64,000 nt of DNA, from the NCBI RefSeq assembly GCF_006345805.1, contig NC_042999.1:145390001-145454000 (forward strand), given 5' to 3'. The translations under genes were made by a program, and so were the position numbers. The notes below the pieces were generated by a model. That model was not told the DNA's origin. It saw only the letters and a list, made by a program, of their open reading frames with translations, and ran no database searches. Below are positions 24,940 to 40,029 of the stretch, piece by piece (the stretch's first letter is position 1; each line of letters begins with the position of its first letter). This DNA comes from Octopus sinensis. Taxonomy: Eukaryota.

Positions 24940-27900
24940 GAGGACTCGTCGCATAAATAAAAATATTTACGGACCCCTAATCAATACAAAACCCACAACC
25001 ACAAACATTTTCAGTTCCCCAAAGAGAACTCTTTTTTAACCATAATGAATCTGGGAAAAGGGTTACAAAAGAACATTCTAGCTATCACACAATGACACCC
25101 TCACCAACATCCAATTGCACAAATTCCCTTTATTAACAAGCAAATCACAAAAACGGTGAAAATCATCCACCACTATCGACTTAACATTTTTGCTCAATGT
25201 ACAAGGAATTAACCCTTCCGCCAATGCCCAAAAATGGAAGATCCAATTTATCTCGTTCTTCGTCCTCACTGAGACCCATCTCAACCTCAACTTGGAAGCT
25301 GAGGTGAGAGTGAAGAATTTTACAGTTATCCATGCAGATCATGTTGGCAGAAGAAAGGGTGAAACCACCATTTTCCTACACGATACTTTTTCGGCTTAAG
25401 CAATGGTCGTATTTACCAATGGCTACTGTGAAGCAGCTTCTGTGTAGTGTAAAACGAACACTAATAGTAGTTGGGCTGTATAGATCACTCCTAACTCCTC
25501 TACTACGCTTCAAGAATTGCCTAAAAATATTAAGTGTGTCATCCATCAGTCATGCTAACAACATATTAATGCTGGGGGACTTCAACCTTCCCAGTGTTGA
25601 TTGGTCCACAAACAGCTAGAAACCAGGCTTTTCTATCTCAACCACTGATAAGGAAACAATCGAATTGCTTTTTGATATTTCATGGATGAATTTTTCTTGA
25701 CCCAACTTGTTCTCGAACCAAAAAGGTGTCACAAAACCTCCTTGGGCCTAGTGTTCAATAACCACACTGGCACTATCTACAATACTGCAGTGAAAAAATC
25801 ACGAATACTCTCAGACCATGATATGGTTCTCTGTGATCTGAGATTTTACTATCCAAAGATCAAACACAGTGACGTCTCTCCAGCCCATCATTTGACACTA
25901 TGGATCTTCATAATGCAGACTGGAATGCCATCACAAGTTGATTGGGCCTTCACGCACGCCCCTACCTACCAACCAACATAAATACATCATAGCAGACATT
26001 TCTAGAAGCTGTAACAAATTTATGCGCAAAACAAATTTAAGTGCAGAATCGCTAGAAATAGAAGAGAAATTATCAGAAAAATAAAAAGAATTGGCAAGAA
26101 AATCAACCAACTTAAATACTGCCAGAAGCAATGCACCCATTCGACTACCATACTACCATTACATCACTCGAATTGAAAAATACAACCTCCAAAAATCATG
26201 ATGACCATCATTAACAACCAAAGAACAGTTGAGGAAAACTGGGCCCTTGAGAAAATAAAACTCAATCCCAAAGTGTGTTTTCATTTGCAAAAAGCATAAA
26301 ATCACTGTTTGCACTGTTGGTCCTTTGGTTAATGAGAACAACACACTATATGATGATGCAAAATCCATGTGCGAGATACTGCAGAAACAATACTGCTCTG
26401 TTTTCAGTAACCCTAATGCGGCTGATCTGATTAGTGTCAGTGATGTAAAACCTAAACTAACTATATCTGATATAACTTTTGGTGCCCCTGATATCCTAAC
26501 AGAAGTAAATAAGAGCAAGCAGAACTCGGCAGTAAGTTCCAATAGCTTCCTCGTCACTGTCCTGAAGATGTATCGACATCAAATTACACCCCCTCTATCT
26601 GAGCTCTCGAGGAACTCACTTGACGCAGGCTATATTCCTGATAATTTTCTTTCCTAGTCTGTCGTTCCAGTCTTCAAAAAGTGAAACAAATCTCTTGCAG
26701 TGAACTACTGTCCGATTTCACTCACTTCTCATATCATTAAAGTATTTGAGAGGGTGGTGAGATCGCGAATAACCCACTTCCTCGAAGACAATAATCTGCT
26801 GAACCCCAACCAGCGTAGTTTCCGTGATGGCAAGGACGGCATGTCGTAGCTTCTGCACCATTTTGATGACATTTTAAAAACTTTGGGAGAAGGCTCCAAC
26901 ACTGATGTCATATACCTTGATTTCAGCAAGGCATTTGACAGAGTGGGTCACAAAATTCTGCTGAAGAAACTGCCCAACATTGGGGAAAGCTGTTGCAGTG
27001 GATAAAGTATTTCCTGACGAACAGAACCCAACATCTTGTGTTTGAGGGATTCCGATCAAGCTCAGCCAAATTTAGTAGTGGTGTGCCACAAGATAGTGCG
27101 TTGGGCCAATTCCTCTTAGTTATCTACATCATTGACATAGTAGACTTCATCAAACACTGTACATTGAAAATCTTTGCTGATAATTGCAAACTCCAGAAGG
27201 CCATAAAGGGTATGGGAAACCGAACATGCCTTCAGTCAGATCTGTTTGCTGTTGTCCAATGGGCGGAAAAGAACAATATGCTTCTAAATGAAACTATCAT
27301 ATGCCCTTCCGACGGGCGACTACCTAGTGTCATCTAACAACACCAGAGACCTTGGAGTAATTGCTGATAACACTGGTAATACTCAAGATGTGCTCTTGGA
27401 TTCTGAGTCTAGAGATACTCACACCTTCATCATCCTTCTCTACTCTACTTTTGCCCGACTCCAGTTTGAATACTGTTGCCCACTGTGGTCTCCCCACACG
27501 AAGTGAAACATTATGAAAGTGGAAGCACTCCAGAGATCAATAACAAGAAAGACAGACAACATGACAGGCATTGATTACTGGAGTCGACTAAAAAAACTCA
27601 GTTTCTACCCTCTCCAACGCCGCACTGAGCGATACAACATTGGTGTGATGTGGAAAATATTCCATCAATATTGCACAAATGATGTTGGCATTATTTTAGA
27701 ATCCACCGAAGACTTGGCCCCCGTGCTAACCACCCACTACAAAAATCGAACTCAAAACACATAACAATATTACGACATTGTTACCTCAACCGGTCCAGCT
27801 CTGTTTAATATTACTCCAAAATAAATCAAAACGGAAACAGATTCCATAAAATTCAAAAGTTCTCTGAACAAATATCACAAAAAAAAAAATCCCAGACCAA

Positions 27901-28056
27901 CCTCCTACACCCGGTTATGTCACCAACAACAATAACTCTTTGGTAGAGTGGACCATGGTGTCCTGTATATGACTGAGGTATGAATGACGATCTAAAAGAC
28001 ATCACCATTAAGTTAGACATGGCCTGGGCCTATACTAGCCGAAACCTATCTAAGTT
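24940..28056 (+). mobile_element. Decayed CR1-type LINE (endonuclease and RT remnants)
   Basis: LNVQGI, LTETHL, MLGDFNLP, SDHD (endonuclease); YLDFSKAFDRVGH, SGVPQDS, IFADNCKL (RT); many stops. The 3' end TAAGTTAGACATGGCC...TCTAAGTT also occurs at 48620-48700. Confidence 0.88.
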
Positions 28057-28385
28057 ACACATACATACATACATACATACATACATATGCATCATTTGCT
28101 TGTTTCAGTTGCGGCCCTCCTGGGGAATCATCTAAAAGGAATTAGACGAACAAATCTACTCCAGTATTTCTTATATCGATAACTGTTTTTTGAACCGTTA
28201 TTTATGGCGAGTTAATTTTTGTGTTTGTAGACGGACAAACACAAAGATGATCACACAATACACCATGGGATTCTACACAATTTCCGCTAACTAAATTCAA
28301 TCACAAGGCGTTGTCAGACAGAAGATATAGAAGACGCCCAAGTTGTTTTCACTGGGCTACAAACTGTACACACACAAACATACAT

Positions 28386-28432
<47 letters not shown>

Positions 28433-28453
28433 ACACACACACACACATACATT

Positions 28454-28719
28454 CGTCACTAAAGTAACTAAGGGTGTAAGTCAATATTGCTAGAAATAAA
28501 AGTCAAATCAACAACTCTTAGCCATGGGCAAAACACTTATCTAAAGATACAAGTTGCTTACGGCAAGTGAGATAGACTCAGATCATCAATGATTTCCTAT
28601 TTAATTAATCCACATCAGTGACCCTTACTCAGTTGCCGAGGGCTAAACTTAAAAGTTGTTTTGAGTTTTATTTCTAGCAATATCGGTGCTAACTTGCACC
28701 CTTAGTAACTTAGGTGACG
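28454..28719. mobile_element. Degenerate MITE-like inverted pair
   Basis: TCGTCAC..AAGTAACTAAGGGTG..ATATTGCTAGAAATAAAA (28454-28530) matches the reverse complement of 28632-28719. Confidence 0.55.
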
Positions 28720-28949
28720 ATTATACATGTGCATTTTGGTAGTTATTTCGCGAATACCCATCTTAATAATTTAAACCTCACTAATTGTGACTGAGGGTGC
28801 AGAATAACACTTATGTTGCTAGAAATAAGAGTTAAAACCCTTAAGGCTACATGAGGCTTACAATAATTTACACTCACCGAGAGAAGAGATAGCTGTCCCA
28901 TGAGCAAAGCTATGAGCACTGGACCGATTTCAGTATATACATACAATCA

Positions 28950-28983
<34 letters not shown>

Positions 28984-29035
28984 CATACATACCTTGTCCT
29001 ATTTTCCTCATATATACATATATATATATATATAT

Positions 29036-29390
29036 AAAATAGGGTAATAATAAATTATTATTACCAGTGGCCTAGCACAAAAAGCGAATTAGTCAATAGA
29101 CTATATATTATTCATATAGAAATACAATGAGAGGCTTCCAAATAAGAAAGCGTAGTGCTAGAAACACAAAAAGGGATAAATTCACGAAAGGAATGAAAAT
29201 TAAAAACGTTTACCATCTCAACTATATCTCAGACCGACGGTTTCTAACTATTTCCAGCCAAAAAGTATTTGCTGAAGGCCAGTTTCTTCAGTGGGACAGC
29301 CTTTAGAATCCAGACATACAAACCGCTAGATCCACATGTAGACCTAACGGTTTGTAAATCCTAACTTTTCAAACCACTGCGCAGACGCAG

Positions 29391-29392
<2 letters not shown>
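29036..29392 (-). mobile_element. Penelope family B terminal repeat with degenerate hammerhead (29233-29295)
   Basis: Minus strand CTGAAGA-AACT...AGTT-A-GAAACCGTC, with an internal hairpin like that at 5202. Between (TA)n tracts. Confidence 0.6.
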
Positions 29393-29428
<36 letters not shown>

Positions 29429-29701
29429 CATACATGTAAACCGAAATTGGGGAATATTGATATTATTTATCCTGTTACATGTTTCTTTACGAATAGGGGT
29501 TACTTTGGTACACACGTAGAAAAACATATAATAACCCGACCCCGTTAGTAATTCATCAGACAAAGAATTAAGATATCTTAATTCTGTATCTGATAAATTA
29601 CTATTGCGAGATGCATTATTTGTTTTCCTCATGCATATCGAACTGATGTAATTTTTATTAGTAACAAAAAAAAAAAGCATATGTAATATGTAATAAATGA
29701 A

Positions 29702-29934
29702 AGAGCGGCGGGCTGGTAGAATAGTTAGCACGCCGGGCGAAATGCTTAGCAGTATTTCACCCGTCGTTACGTTCTGATTTCAAATTCTGCCGAGATCGAC
29801 TTTGCCTTTTATCCTTTCGGGGTCGATTAAATAAATACTAGTCACGCACTGGGGTCGATGTAATCGACTTAAGCTCTTTGTCTGTCCTTGTTTGTCCCGT
29901 CTATGTTTAGCCCCCCGTGGGCAATAAAGAAATA
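29702..29934 (+). mobile_element. Full tRNA/Nin-core SINE with Tx1-like tail
   Basis: Head GGCGGGCTGGTAGAA, Nin-like core, tail TTAGCCCCCCGTGGGCAATAAAGAAATA followed by CATAT. Confidence 0.88.
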
Positions 29935-30164
29935 CATATGAAATAAATAATACCAAAATTGTCCAGCTTCTGATTTAACATATAAATCTCTCAGAAATAT
30001 GGACTTTATAGCATTGAAATGTATTCTCCAGTGTTTTCACCTCTCATATGTATTATAACACCCACTGATATACTTTGGAGAATTGGAATCCGCTAATGTG
30101 CTTTTTGAGCTTAGATTATAAAACTATCAACATACTACACACACATAGAGGGATACGCACACAC

Positions 30165-30317
30165 GCACACACAAACAGAAAAATAGAACTTTAAACACGA
30201 GTATGTACATTTTTTTCATTTTTAATCAGAAATTACAGTGATTCAGCTCTCGAGTAATTGTTTTTACCTCTGGCATGTGTGTTCAAGTATGTATGTCTAT
30301 ATCTAACTATCTATCTA

Positions 30318-30353
<36 letters not shown>

Positions 30354-30367
30354 TTTATCTGTATATA

Positions 30368-30401
<34 letters not shown>

Positions 30402-30560
30402 CACAGATAAATAGACACACATACACATACACACACAAAAACAGAAAAATAGTACTCACAACACGGGTATATACATTTCTTAATTTTTAATCTGAAATTA
30501 GTGTGATTCAGCTCTCGAGTAATGGTTTTTACCTCTGGCATGTGTGTTCATGTATGTATG
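30165..30560. repeat. Diverged 265-bp-period tandem duplication bounded by (TCTA)n/(CA)n
   Basis: CAGCTCTCGAGTAAT at 30244 and 30509. Confidence 0.8.
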
Positions 30561-30568
30561 TATGTGTA

Positions 30569-30648
<80 letters not shown>

Positions 30649-30668
30649 CATCTATCCATCTATCCATC

Positions 30669-30738
<70 letters not shown>

Positions 30739-31386
30739 TTATCCATCTATCCATCTATCTATCTATATATCTATCTATCTGTCTGTCTGTCTGTCTATCT
30801 GTCTGTCTCCCCCCTCTCTCTATATATATGTTAAAAATTTGGGATTTTACCACTAGGACAACAATCTCAATTTCAGGACAAGCTTATTCTCTGGAGTACG
30901 CAGAGAGCAAGAAGGAGGAAATCGATGTTGTCTCTATTGCAGCTAAGAATATACTGCACTTCCAAGGAAAATATGAAGCTTACTGGGGTCATAGCTTGTA
31001 AAGGATTGTGGTTCATTTTTAATTTATTTGTCTTTTGTCAACTACTAATTCTAAGACTAGAGGACTGTTTCTGTTTGGAATGAAGGGTTAGAGTGAGTTG
31101 ATAGCTCATGGCTAGGTATGGTCATAAATATTGTCAAGATATTAGCAGTAGTAAATTGTGTATAAAGTAACTGTCTATAAAGTAGGCTGGGTAGGGGAAG
31201 ACTCTAAATCATAATGTTTATTACCAGTTAAAGATGTAAGACACTAATAAAACCTATGATGTCACTACAGATGAAATTTTATCATGGGGTATTATGGGTG
31301 ATTGTTTATAAACAATATCGTTATGTTGTATAAAGATAAAATTTAAAATTAACAAAAAAATGATATCATAACCAAAATAAGCAAAA

Positions 31387-31431
<45 letters not shown>

Positions 31432-31433
<2 letters not shown>

Positions 31434-31800
31434 TATATATAAAACTGAAATGCGTTTTTACCGCTTGGATCGCTTCCAATGCCACAACGTCCCGTCCGAT
31501 TCGCTCCAAAATTTACAGGGACATGTAGAATGAGGTGATGATGCTCGTGGGCTACCTTACAAATCCCTATCTTAAAAGGTGTGGTTGCTAGGGGCCATCT
31601 TCCTCACTCACACTATTTCCTCCTTTCCCTCTCTTACTCCCCTTCATGTATAATTTTGAGAGATCCACTACCGTTATTTAAAGTATCTGTCACTCTCGCT
31701 ATTTCCTTTCTTTTTCACTGACTCTGTTTCCTACCTTCCTATCACTTCGGCGGCGTTCTTTTAAGTATATGTCTGTCACCAACAACACACGAGCATGAGA
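31432..31800 (+). mobile_element. Possible non-autonomous Helitron-like 5' region
   Basis: Starts TCTATATATAAAACTG after (TA)n, followed by CCGATTCGCTCCAAAATTT. No 3' end identified. Confidence 0.35.
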
Positions 31801-31837
31801 ACAAATATTATGAATCAGATATTCTTGCGTTCATTTA

Positions 31838-32209
31838 TATGTGTGTGTGTGTGTTCTATATATAAATATGTATATATAATGTATGTGTGTGTGTGTGTGT
31901 GTGTTCTATATATAAATATGTATATATAATGTATGTGTGTGTGTATGTGTTCTATATATAAATATGTATATATAATGTGTGTGTGTGTGTATGTGTTCTA
32001 TATATAAATATGTATATATAATGTATGTGTGTGTGTGTATTCTATATATATAAATATGTATATATAATGTATGTGTGTGTGTATGTGTTCTATATATAAA
32101 TATGTATATATAATGTATGTGTGTGTGTGTGTATTCTATATATATAAATATGTATATATAATGTATGTGTGTGTGTGTGTTCTATATATAAATATGTATA
32201 TATAATGTA
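31838..32209. repeat. Compound minisatellite, 8 units of ~46 bp
   Basis: Unit (GT)n-TCTATATATAAATATGTATATATAAT-GTAT. Confidence 0.9.
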
Positions 32210-32492
32210 TATATACAAAGTGTATATATCTGTATTTATGTATTAAACTTTTTCATACTTTTTCATAGTTATATATATTTTTAAACAAATTAAAAATATA
32301 ATTTAATAATTTTTATTTTCAATTTAAATAATTTAAATTTTTCAATTTTATATTATATATTTATATATTATATATTTTTTTAATGTTTTTGTTTTTGGTT
32401 TTCACTGTTTGATTTTCCTATTAGTGGTTTTATCTCTAATTTAATTTATACAGATATATATCTCATTTGTATACATTTGTATATATAATGCG

Positions 32493-32536
<44 letters not shown>

Positions 32537-32753
32537 ATGTGTGCATTACGTAGTCGGTCGATTCAGCTGAAAATAAGCACACCTATGTTAAAAATGCTGG
32601 CAAGTTTGCATGACAACTATTTTTTTCCTCTAGGACAAAATTCCTCATCTTATAAAATGTGCCCAGTAGACCCGATGAAATCGGGTTATATTAACCAAAA
32701 TGTGAAAAGGGATCTAATGGGGCTGGAAGGGGATTAAAATTTAAAGGAGCGGG

Positions 32754-33045
32754 TGTTTAGGAATTCTCTGTTACATCAAGCTAAAAAAATTGCGCCAGCC
32801 TTTTAATCGTCAATGTGTTGCCGTCCATGATAAAGAAGTTTTGAATGCTTGCCATGGTGAGTCTACTGTCGTGAGAAAGAATCACTTCAAAACTTGGTGT
32901 TTACGAATTTTCTTTTACATCAAGTTCAAAATTTTACGCCAGCCGTTAAACTGTCACTACGTTGCTGTCCGTCGTTAACAAATGCCAGCCATGGTGACTC
33001 TACTATGTTCAGATTCTATCCCTTCAAACTTTGGTTTCCAATATT
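32754..33045. repeat. Diverged 144-bp tandem duplication
   Basis: TTACATCAAG..GCCAGCC..GCCATGGTGA(G/C)TCTACT repeated with a 144-bp offset. Confidence 0.7.
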
Positions 33046-33326
33046 TTATTATTTTTATTCAGCTCGCAAGTTCGTCTGTCCCTTTTAAATGTTAGCGTTT
33101 TGCTGTCTGCCTTGAAGCAGACCTTTCCATTGCCACTGCCTCATATTTCTGATTGATCTTTCTAAATATTTTATTTCTCAACTTACTCAAGATCTTTTGT
33201 TGTTTATAAATGGGAGAGAGATAGATAAAGATAGAGAGTAAGAGAAAGCGAGGGAGAGTCCGAGAGAAAAGAAAAGTAAGAGAGTGGGAAAGTGAGAGAG
33301 AAAGGAGAGAGAAACAAATATGGAGA

Positions 33327-33610
33327 ATCATCATCATCATCATCGTTTAACGTCCGTTTTCCGTGCTAGCACAGGTTGGACAGTGTGACCGGGGTCTCGG
33401 AAGCCAGGAGGCTGCACCAGGCTCCAGTCTGATCTGGCAGTGTTTCTACAGGTGGATGACCTTCCTAACGCCAACCACTCTGTGAGTGTAGTGGGTGCTT
33501 TTTTCGTGCCGCGGCAACGATCGGTTGGTGCTTTTTACGTGCCACCGGCACAGAAGCAAGTCAAGGCGGCGCTGCAATCGGCCACGTTCGGATGGTGCTA
33601 TTTACGTGCT
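33327..33610 (-). mobile_element. SINE fragment with (GAT)n RTE-like tail
   Basis: Minus strand ends GTTAAACGATGATGATG; core GGATGACCTTCCTAACGCCAACC on the plus strand. Confidence 0.6.
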
Positions 33611-33677
33611 GAAAGGAAGCAACAGAAAGTAACAACCACACTCTTACCCGCGCGTAGAGGCGGGTCACCTTCAGCTA

Positions 33678-33725
<48 letters not shown>

Positions 33726-33758
33726 TGATCAAAATAAAAACACGATGCCAAGGATTCA

Positions 33759-33835
33759 GCGGTACATATGTTTCGGGCCTTATTAGACAGATTTATAACA
33801 ATGCATAATGTATGTCTGTGGCCTTCTTCAGCCGC
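33759..33835 (-). ncRNA. Near-intact minimal type-I hammerhead in a Penelope terminal repeat (33720-33990)
   Basis: GCGG-CTGAAGA-A-GGCC...GGCC-C-GAAA-CATATG-TA-CCGC: stem I GCGG/CCGC, palindromic ACATATGT, GUA triplet. Confidence 0.78.
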
Positions 33836-34685
33836 GCACAACAACTTCCACAAGGACATGTGTTACATCAAAAATTCTTGGTTGGGGATGCAAATCCTCT
33901 CATTCGCGTACGACATAATGCGGCAGCAGCATAGAATTGAAGCGTCCATCTCGTTCTTCTCTCAATGTAGAATGAGGGAATTTACAAATTAACAAATAAA
34001 TACATATATAGACGTGAAGGGACCTGGTGATAAGAGTAAATAGGGGTAAAGATGGAGGGGCGAGAATTCAGGACGAAGGATAAAAAAATATAAAAAAGTG
34101 TAAGTATAGAAAAATGTAAAGTGTAGAGTATAAAGATATAAAGAGATATAAGGAGATATAAGGGAGTATAAAGAATATAAAAAAATATAAATGAATATAA
34201 AGGTATCAAGTTATAAAGTAAAAATAGAAATAGAAATAAAGAAAAAATAAAAGCAAAAAATAAAAATAGGAATAAAAATAATAAAAAAAATATATAAGGA
34301 TAAGGGATGTATAGTGGTTACGGACCAAATATATATATATATATATATATATATAATGGGTGTGTTATTGTGTTATAGAAGAATATATAATAAAAGGGAA
34401 TTCCAACCTTGTCTGTTTTCACGTTTTATTTACAATTTATAATAATATATATAAGATAATATATTATAATTGACTATATATATAATATATATATATATAT
34501 ATATCAATTTTCGACATTAAAAAGGTAAGATTGCATAGAATCAGTTTAATATTCATTCATGTACGTAATTAATACTTATTATGTGGTTTTTATAAAGACT
34601 GTTCAAGGCATTTACTTATGGAATACTGGAAAGATAAACATGATGCTATCTATATATTAATTAGAAGGATTGAACAAAAGAGAGG

Positions 34686-34862
34686 AAGGAGTCTAGATGT
34701 TCACGGGTGAGTCAGGTGGCACCGATAATGTCGTCAATGTAACGACCGTATAGTTCGGGAGTGGTGCCAGTGAAACTAGAGAATATTTGGGCCTCAACAT
34801 AGCCAACGAACAGGTTCGCATAGTTGGGGCCCATTCGCGTTCCCATGGCCACTCCCGATCTG
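34686..34862 (-). pseudogene. Penelope-like reverse transcriptase fragment
   Basis: GVAMGTRMGPNYANLFVGYVEAQIFSSFTGTTPELYGRYIDDII (PLE G.AMG and RYIDD motifs). Not in the ORF track. Confidence 0.85.
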
Positions 34863-34929
34863 TATATGTATATGTGTTAGTTATAAGCCAGGAATAAAAA
34901 AAATATAAAGATATATGCAGTTACACACA

Positions 34930-35218
34930 CATATTTATCTATGTGCACACATTCACAAATATTTATACATTTATATGGAAATAGTATAACCATCTCGCAT
35001 AGACTTAAGTAACTAAAATGTATCTACTTACGAAGAAGAAAGATAACAACTAATAAGGGATAAGAGGTTAATAGGTTATGTACAAATACACATATATACA
35101 CATATACAAATATTTATACGTTTATATGGATATAGTATAACCATCTCGGCTAGACCTAGTAGCTGAAAGATCTCTAAGAACAGTAACAATTTTAAGGGAT
35201 AAGAGGTTAATAGGTAAG
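34930..35218. repeat. 151-bp tandem duplication
   Basis: ATAGTATAACCATCTCG at 34981 and 35132; AAGGGATAAGAGGTTAATAGGT occurs twice. Confidence 0.75.
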
Positions 35219-35619
35219 GATATCAAAGTAATAAAGCAAAATAGGAAGTATTTATAGAAAATGATAAGAAATATATATAACTTACATTTAAAGAGACAGG
35301 GTGTTAAAATTTGAGGTAGGGAAGAGATAAAGGTAACCCTAAAAGAGGAGGTAGTATGTATGGGTGTAGTGAGGGTAGTTGAAGGTAGTATCCATCAACT
35401 ATAGTATCATTCAAACTCATCTCAGCATCAACAGGCTTTGTGTCAGTAATCTCTGTGCTAGTATAAACCTCGGAGTTACAGTCTATATTGTATATATTAG
35501 GTGTGGTAGTACTGCTGTTTCTAATTCCTACATCACCATTAATATTATTCTCATTGTGGGGGTTTAAGCTAGTGTTGACAGTAATATTATTATTCACACC
35601 TCTTGCCGGTTTTATATTC

Positions 35620-35950
35620 TGTCTATTTAACTTAGGTATGATGGTACCCATATTGGGGAGGATTAACTACGAGATTCTAAATGTCTTACGGGAAAAAAAT
35701 CCTGTTATATCTATGGGAAGCAGTGAAGTTTTTTTTTCTAAAATTGCCATAAATTTCTTATATATGCTTGTGGATATAACACAGATGAAGGGAACGTTAT
35801 ACCAGATCAAATCCTTATTTTCAGACCTCTTATGTATGTAAGGGCGGAATCTAGCTGCTCTTTCAACGCCTCCTAAAATCGCGACTTGATTATTAGGTAT
35901 GGCCATATTTCCAGTATTATTCTTATCATTAGAGGGTGGCATAATCTGCC
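35620..35950 (-). pseudogene. Decayed Penelope-like post-RT/linker fragment
   Basis: KDLIWYNVPF..VISTSIYKKFMAILEK..GFFSRKTFRIS*LILPNMGTII..LN resembles PLE IIWFNPPF..V.TNIG..F...KIFNR.T.KISYSCMPNM..II..HN. Confidence 0.6.
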
Positions 35951-36573
35951 CAGTCGCCTCACTACTTTTATTATGTAAACTAATAGTCCTACTGGCTATA
36001 GCATCTAATTTCCTATTGTTGCTTTTTTAAAAATCTAAATTGATGGGTTTATTGGATGCTTTTCTAGTAGGTTTGTTTTCCCGACCAAGTAAGCCTGTAT
36101 TCTCCCTTTCACTTAAAATCTAATTATTTCTACTATTAGTAGGTGTTATAATTTCAGTCAAGACAGGAGATGAAAGATGGAAAGGTTGGTCATTCCCCAA
36201 AAATTCTGTATAAGTACTTAAATATGATTCCTTCTGTATATATGGTTCTATACAACCATGAATTTTGATGTACTTAAAAGAATTATAAATTTATTTTACT
36301 ACCTATTTTGAACACTTTCATGTAAACTTTTTAAATAAAAAGCCCCTCTTAACATTTTTTTGTCATTGTCGAAGATTCTATTTTTTAACGTTTTCTTATC
36401 ATTATCACATACTGTATAACTGTATTTTAATAAATTGTAATACTATTTTTTAATACAGCAAAGCTTATACAAAGCTTTACATTTTACCTTTGATAATCTT
36501 TTTTTCAAAAAAGTGAAACCGGTCAAGTCAATAAATATCTTTAAAAAACCTCTGCATTTTCAAACCTTCGTCC

Positions 36574-38470
<1,897 letters not shown>

Positions 38471-38472
38471 TG

Positions 38473-38522
<50 letters not shown>

Positions 38523-38554
38523 TAGTGAAAATCCTCCAATATTAACGTGAGTTT

Positions 38555-38587
<33 letters not shown>

Positions 38588-38667
38588 TAATAATAATAAT
38601 TAATAATAATAATAAATAATAATAATAATAATAACAACAACAACAATAATAATAACAATAATAATAT

Positions 38668-38866
38668 CAAATCCATCGTTGATACGGTGTATACCTTCAG
38701 TGCTGATATCAGACTGAGAAAGTGTGGTGTTTTAGTCTTGAAGAGAGGCAAAATCAACTGTATGGCCGGGCTAACGATACGGTCGGAGGAGGTTATGAAG
38801 CAGATAGAAGAGACGGGCAATAAATACTTGGGGATATTTGAAATGGATAAATTGATGGAGAAAGAA
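38668..38866 (+). pseudogene. Dong/R4-clade RT C-terminal fragment after (TAA)n
   Basis: TFSADIRLRKCGVLVLKRGK...KQIEETGNKYLGI. Confidence 0.7.
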
Positions 38867-40029
38867 ACTACAGTACGATGGACCATATATTTACTCTAAC
38901 ACAACTGCTTGAGCGAGCGAATGAGCACAAGCTGCCTCTTCGCGTTGCGTTTGTAGATTATGAGAATGCCTTCGACAGCGTCGAACCCAACGTAGTACTG
39001 AACTCGCTGTGGAGGCAAGGAGTCGAGGCGCAATATGTGCAACTGCTCAGGGAGGCAAATTCCGGATGCACCACCGACATAGCTCTGCTGTCATCACCCG
39101 TACGTGTGCCGGTCGAGAGGGGAGTGAAACAAGGAGATGCGATCTCTCCAAAACTTTTCACCGCATGTCTCGAGCAGATCATCAGAGGCATCGACTGACA
39201 AGGCGGTGTCAACATCAATGGCGAGCTACTCACCCACCTCCGTTTCGCTGATGACATTGCAATTATTGCTGAAACCACGGATCAGCTTCAGACCATGCTG
39301 ACGGAGCTCGACATCAAAAACTCTGCAGTAGGTCTCAAATGAACCGCATGAAAGCGAAGTTCATGCGGTCCGACAACGTACCAGCTGGTCGAATGGTGGT
39401 CGGCAGTGATGAAATAGAGGGGGTAAAGGAATATTTCTACCTGGGACAGGAAGTGAATATATGCCGAGATATCGAAAAGGAGATCTCGCGGAGAGTAAGG
39501 GCCGGATGGAAGGCGTTTAATGGCGTAAGGGATGTGCTCAAGGGAAGGTTGGACAGGACCACCCGCGCCAACCTAATCACTAGAACATTTCTACCAGCAA
39601 TGTTATAAGCTAGTGAAACATGGGCTACAACAAAGAGAGAAGTGCAGAGACTGTTAACGGCTCAAAGAGCCATGGAAAGGTCAATGCTTGGAATCTCGTT
39701 GAGAGAGCACATCAGTAGCGAGGTCATCAGAGAGAAGTCCGGCGTGAGGGATGTCATCGTAGAATATACACGCAGCAAGTTTAGATGGGCTGAACACGTC
39801 ACCCGGCTCACCGATAATCGGTGAACCCGCGCAGTTGTGGAGTGGTACGAGCGCGAGCGGAAATGATCACTCGGAAGGCCTCCACGACGGTGGAGTTACA
39901 ATTTTAGGGGGGCGATTGGGATCACATGGATAAGGAAGGTGCGATCCAGAGAGGAGTGGACAGCGTGCTGTGACCAACGGTGTCAAATGGACGCACGATG
40001 GACTGGTCAGTCAAGGTGATCAAGGTGAT
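38867..40029 (+). mobile_element. 5'-truncated RTE-clade LINE (RT and 3' end)
   Basis: DHIFTL, FVDYENAFDSV, GVKQGDAISPKLF, HLRFADDI, KFRWAEHV; tail (CAAGGTGAT)2; GC-rich relative to flanks. Confidence 0.92.

Noticed and set aside
28008-28056. GGCC...GCCGAAAC as a hammerhead
   Set aside because: There is no CTGANGA core. It is the CR1-type 3' stem-loop and tail.
35304-35651. 115-aa N/T-rich ORF as a gene
   Set aside because: It continues a stop-containing Penelope fragment and has no independent support.
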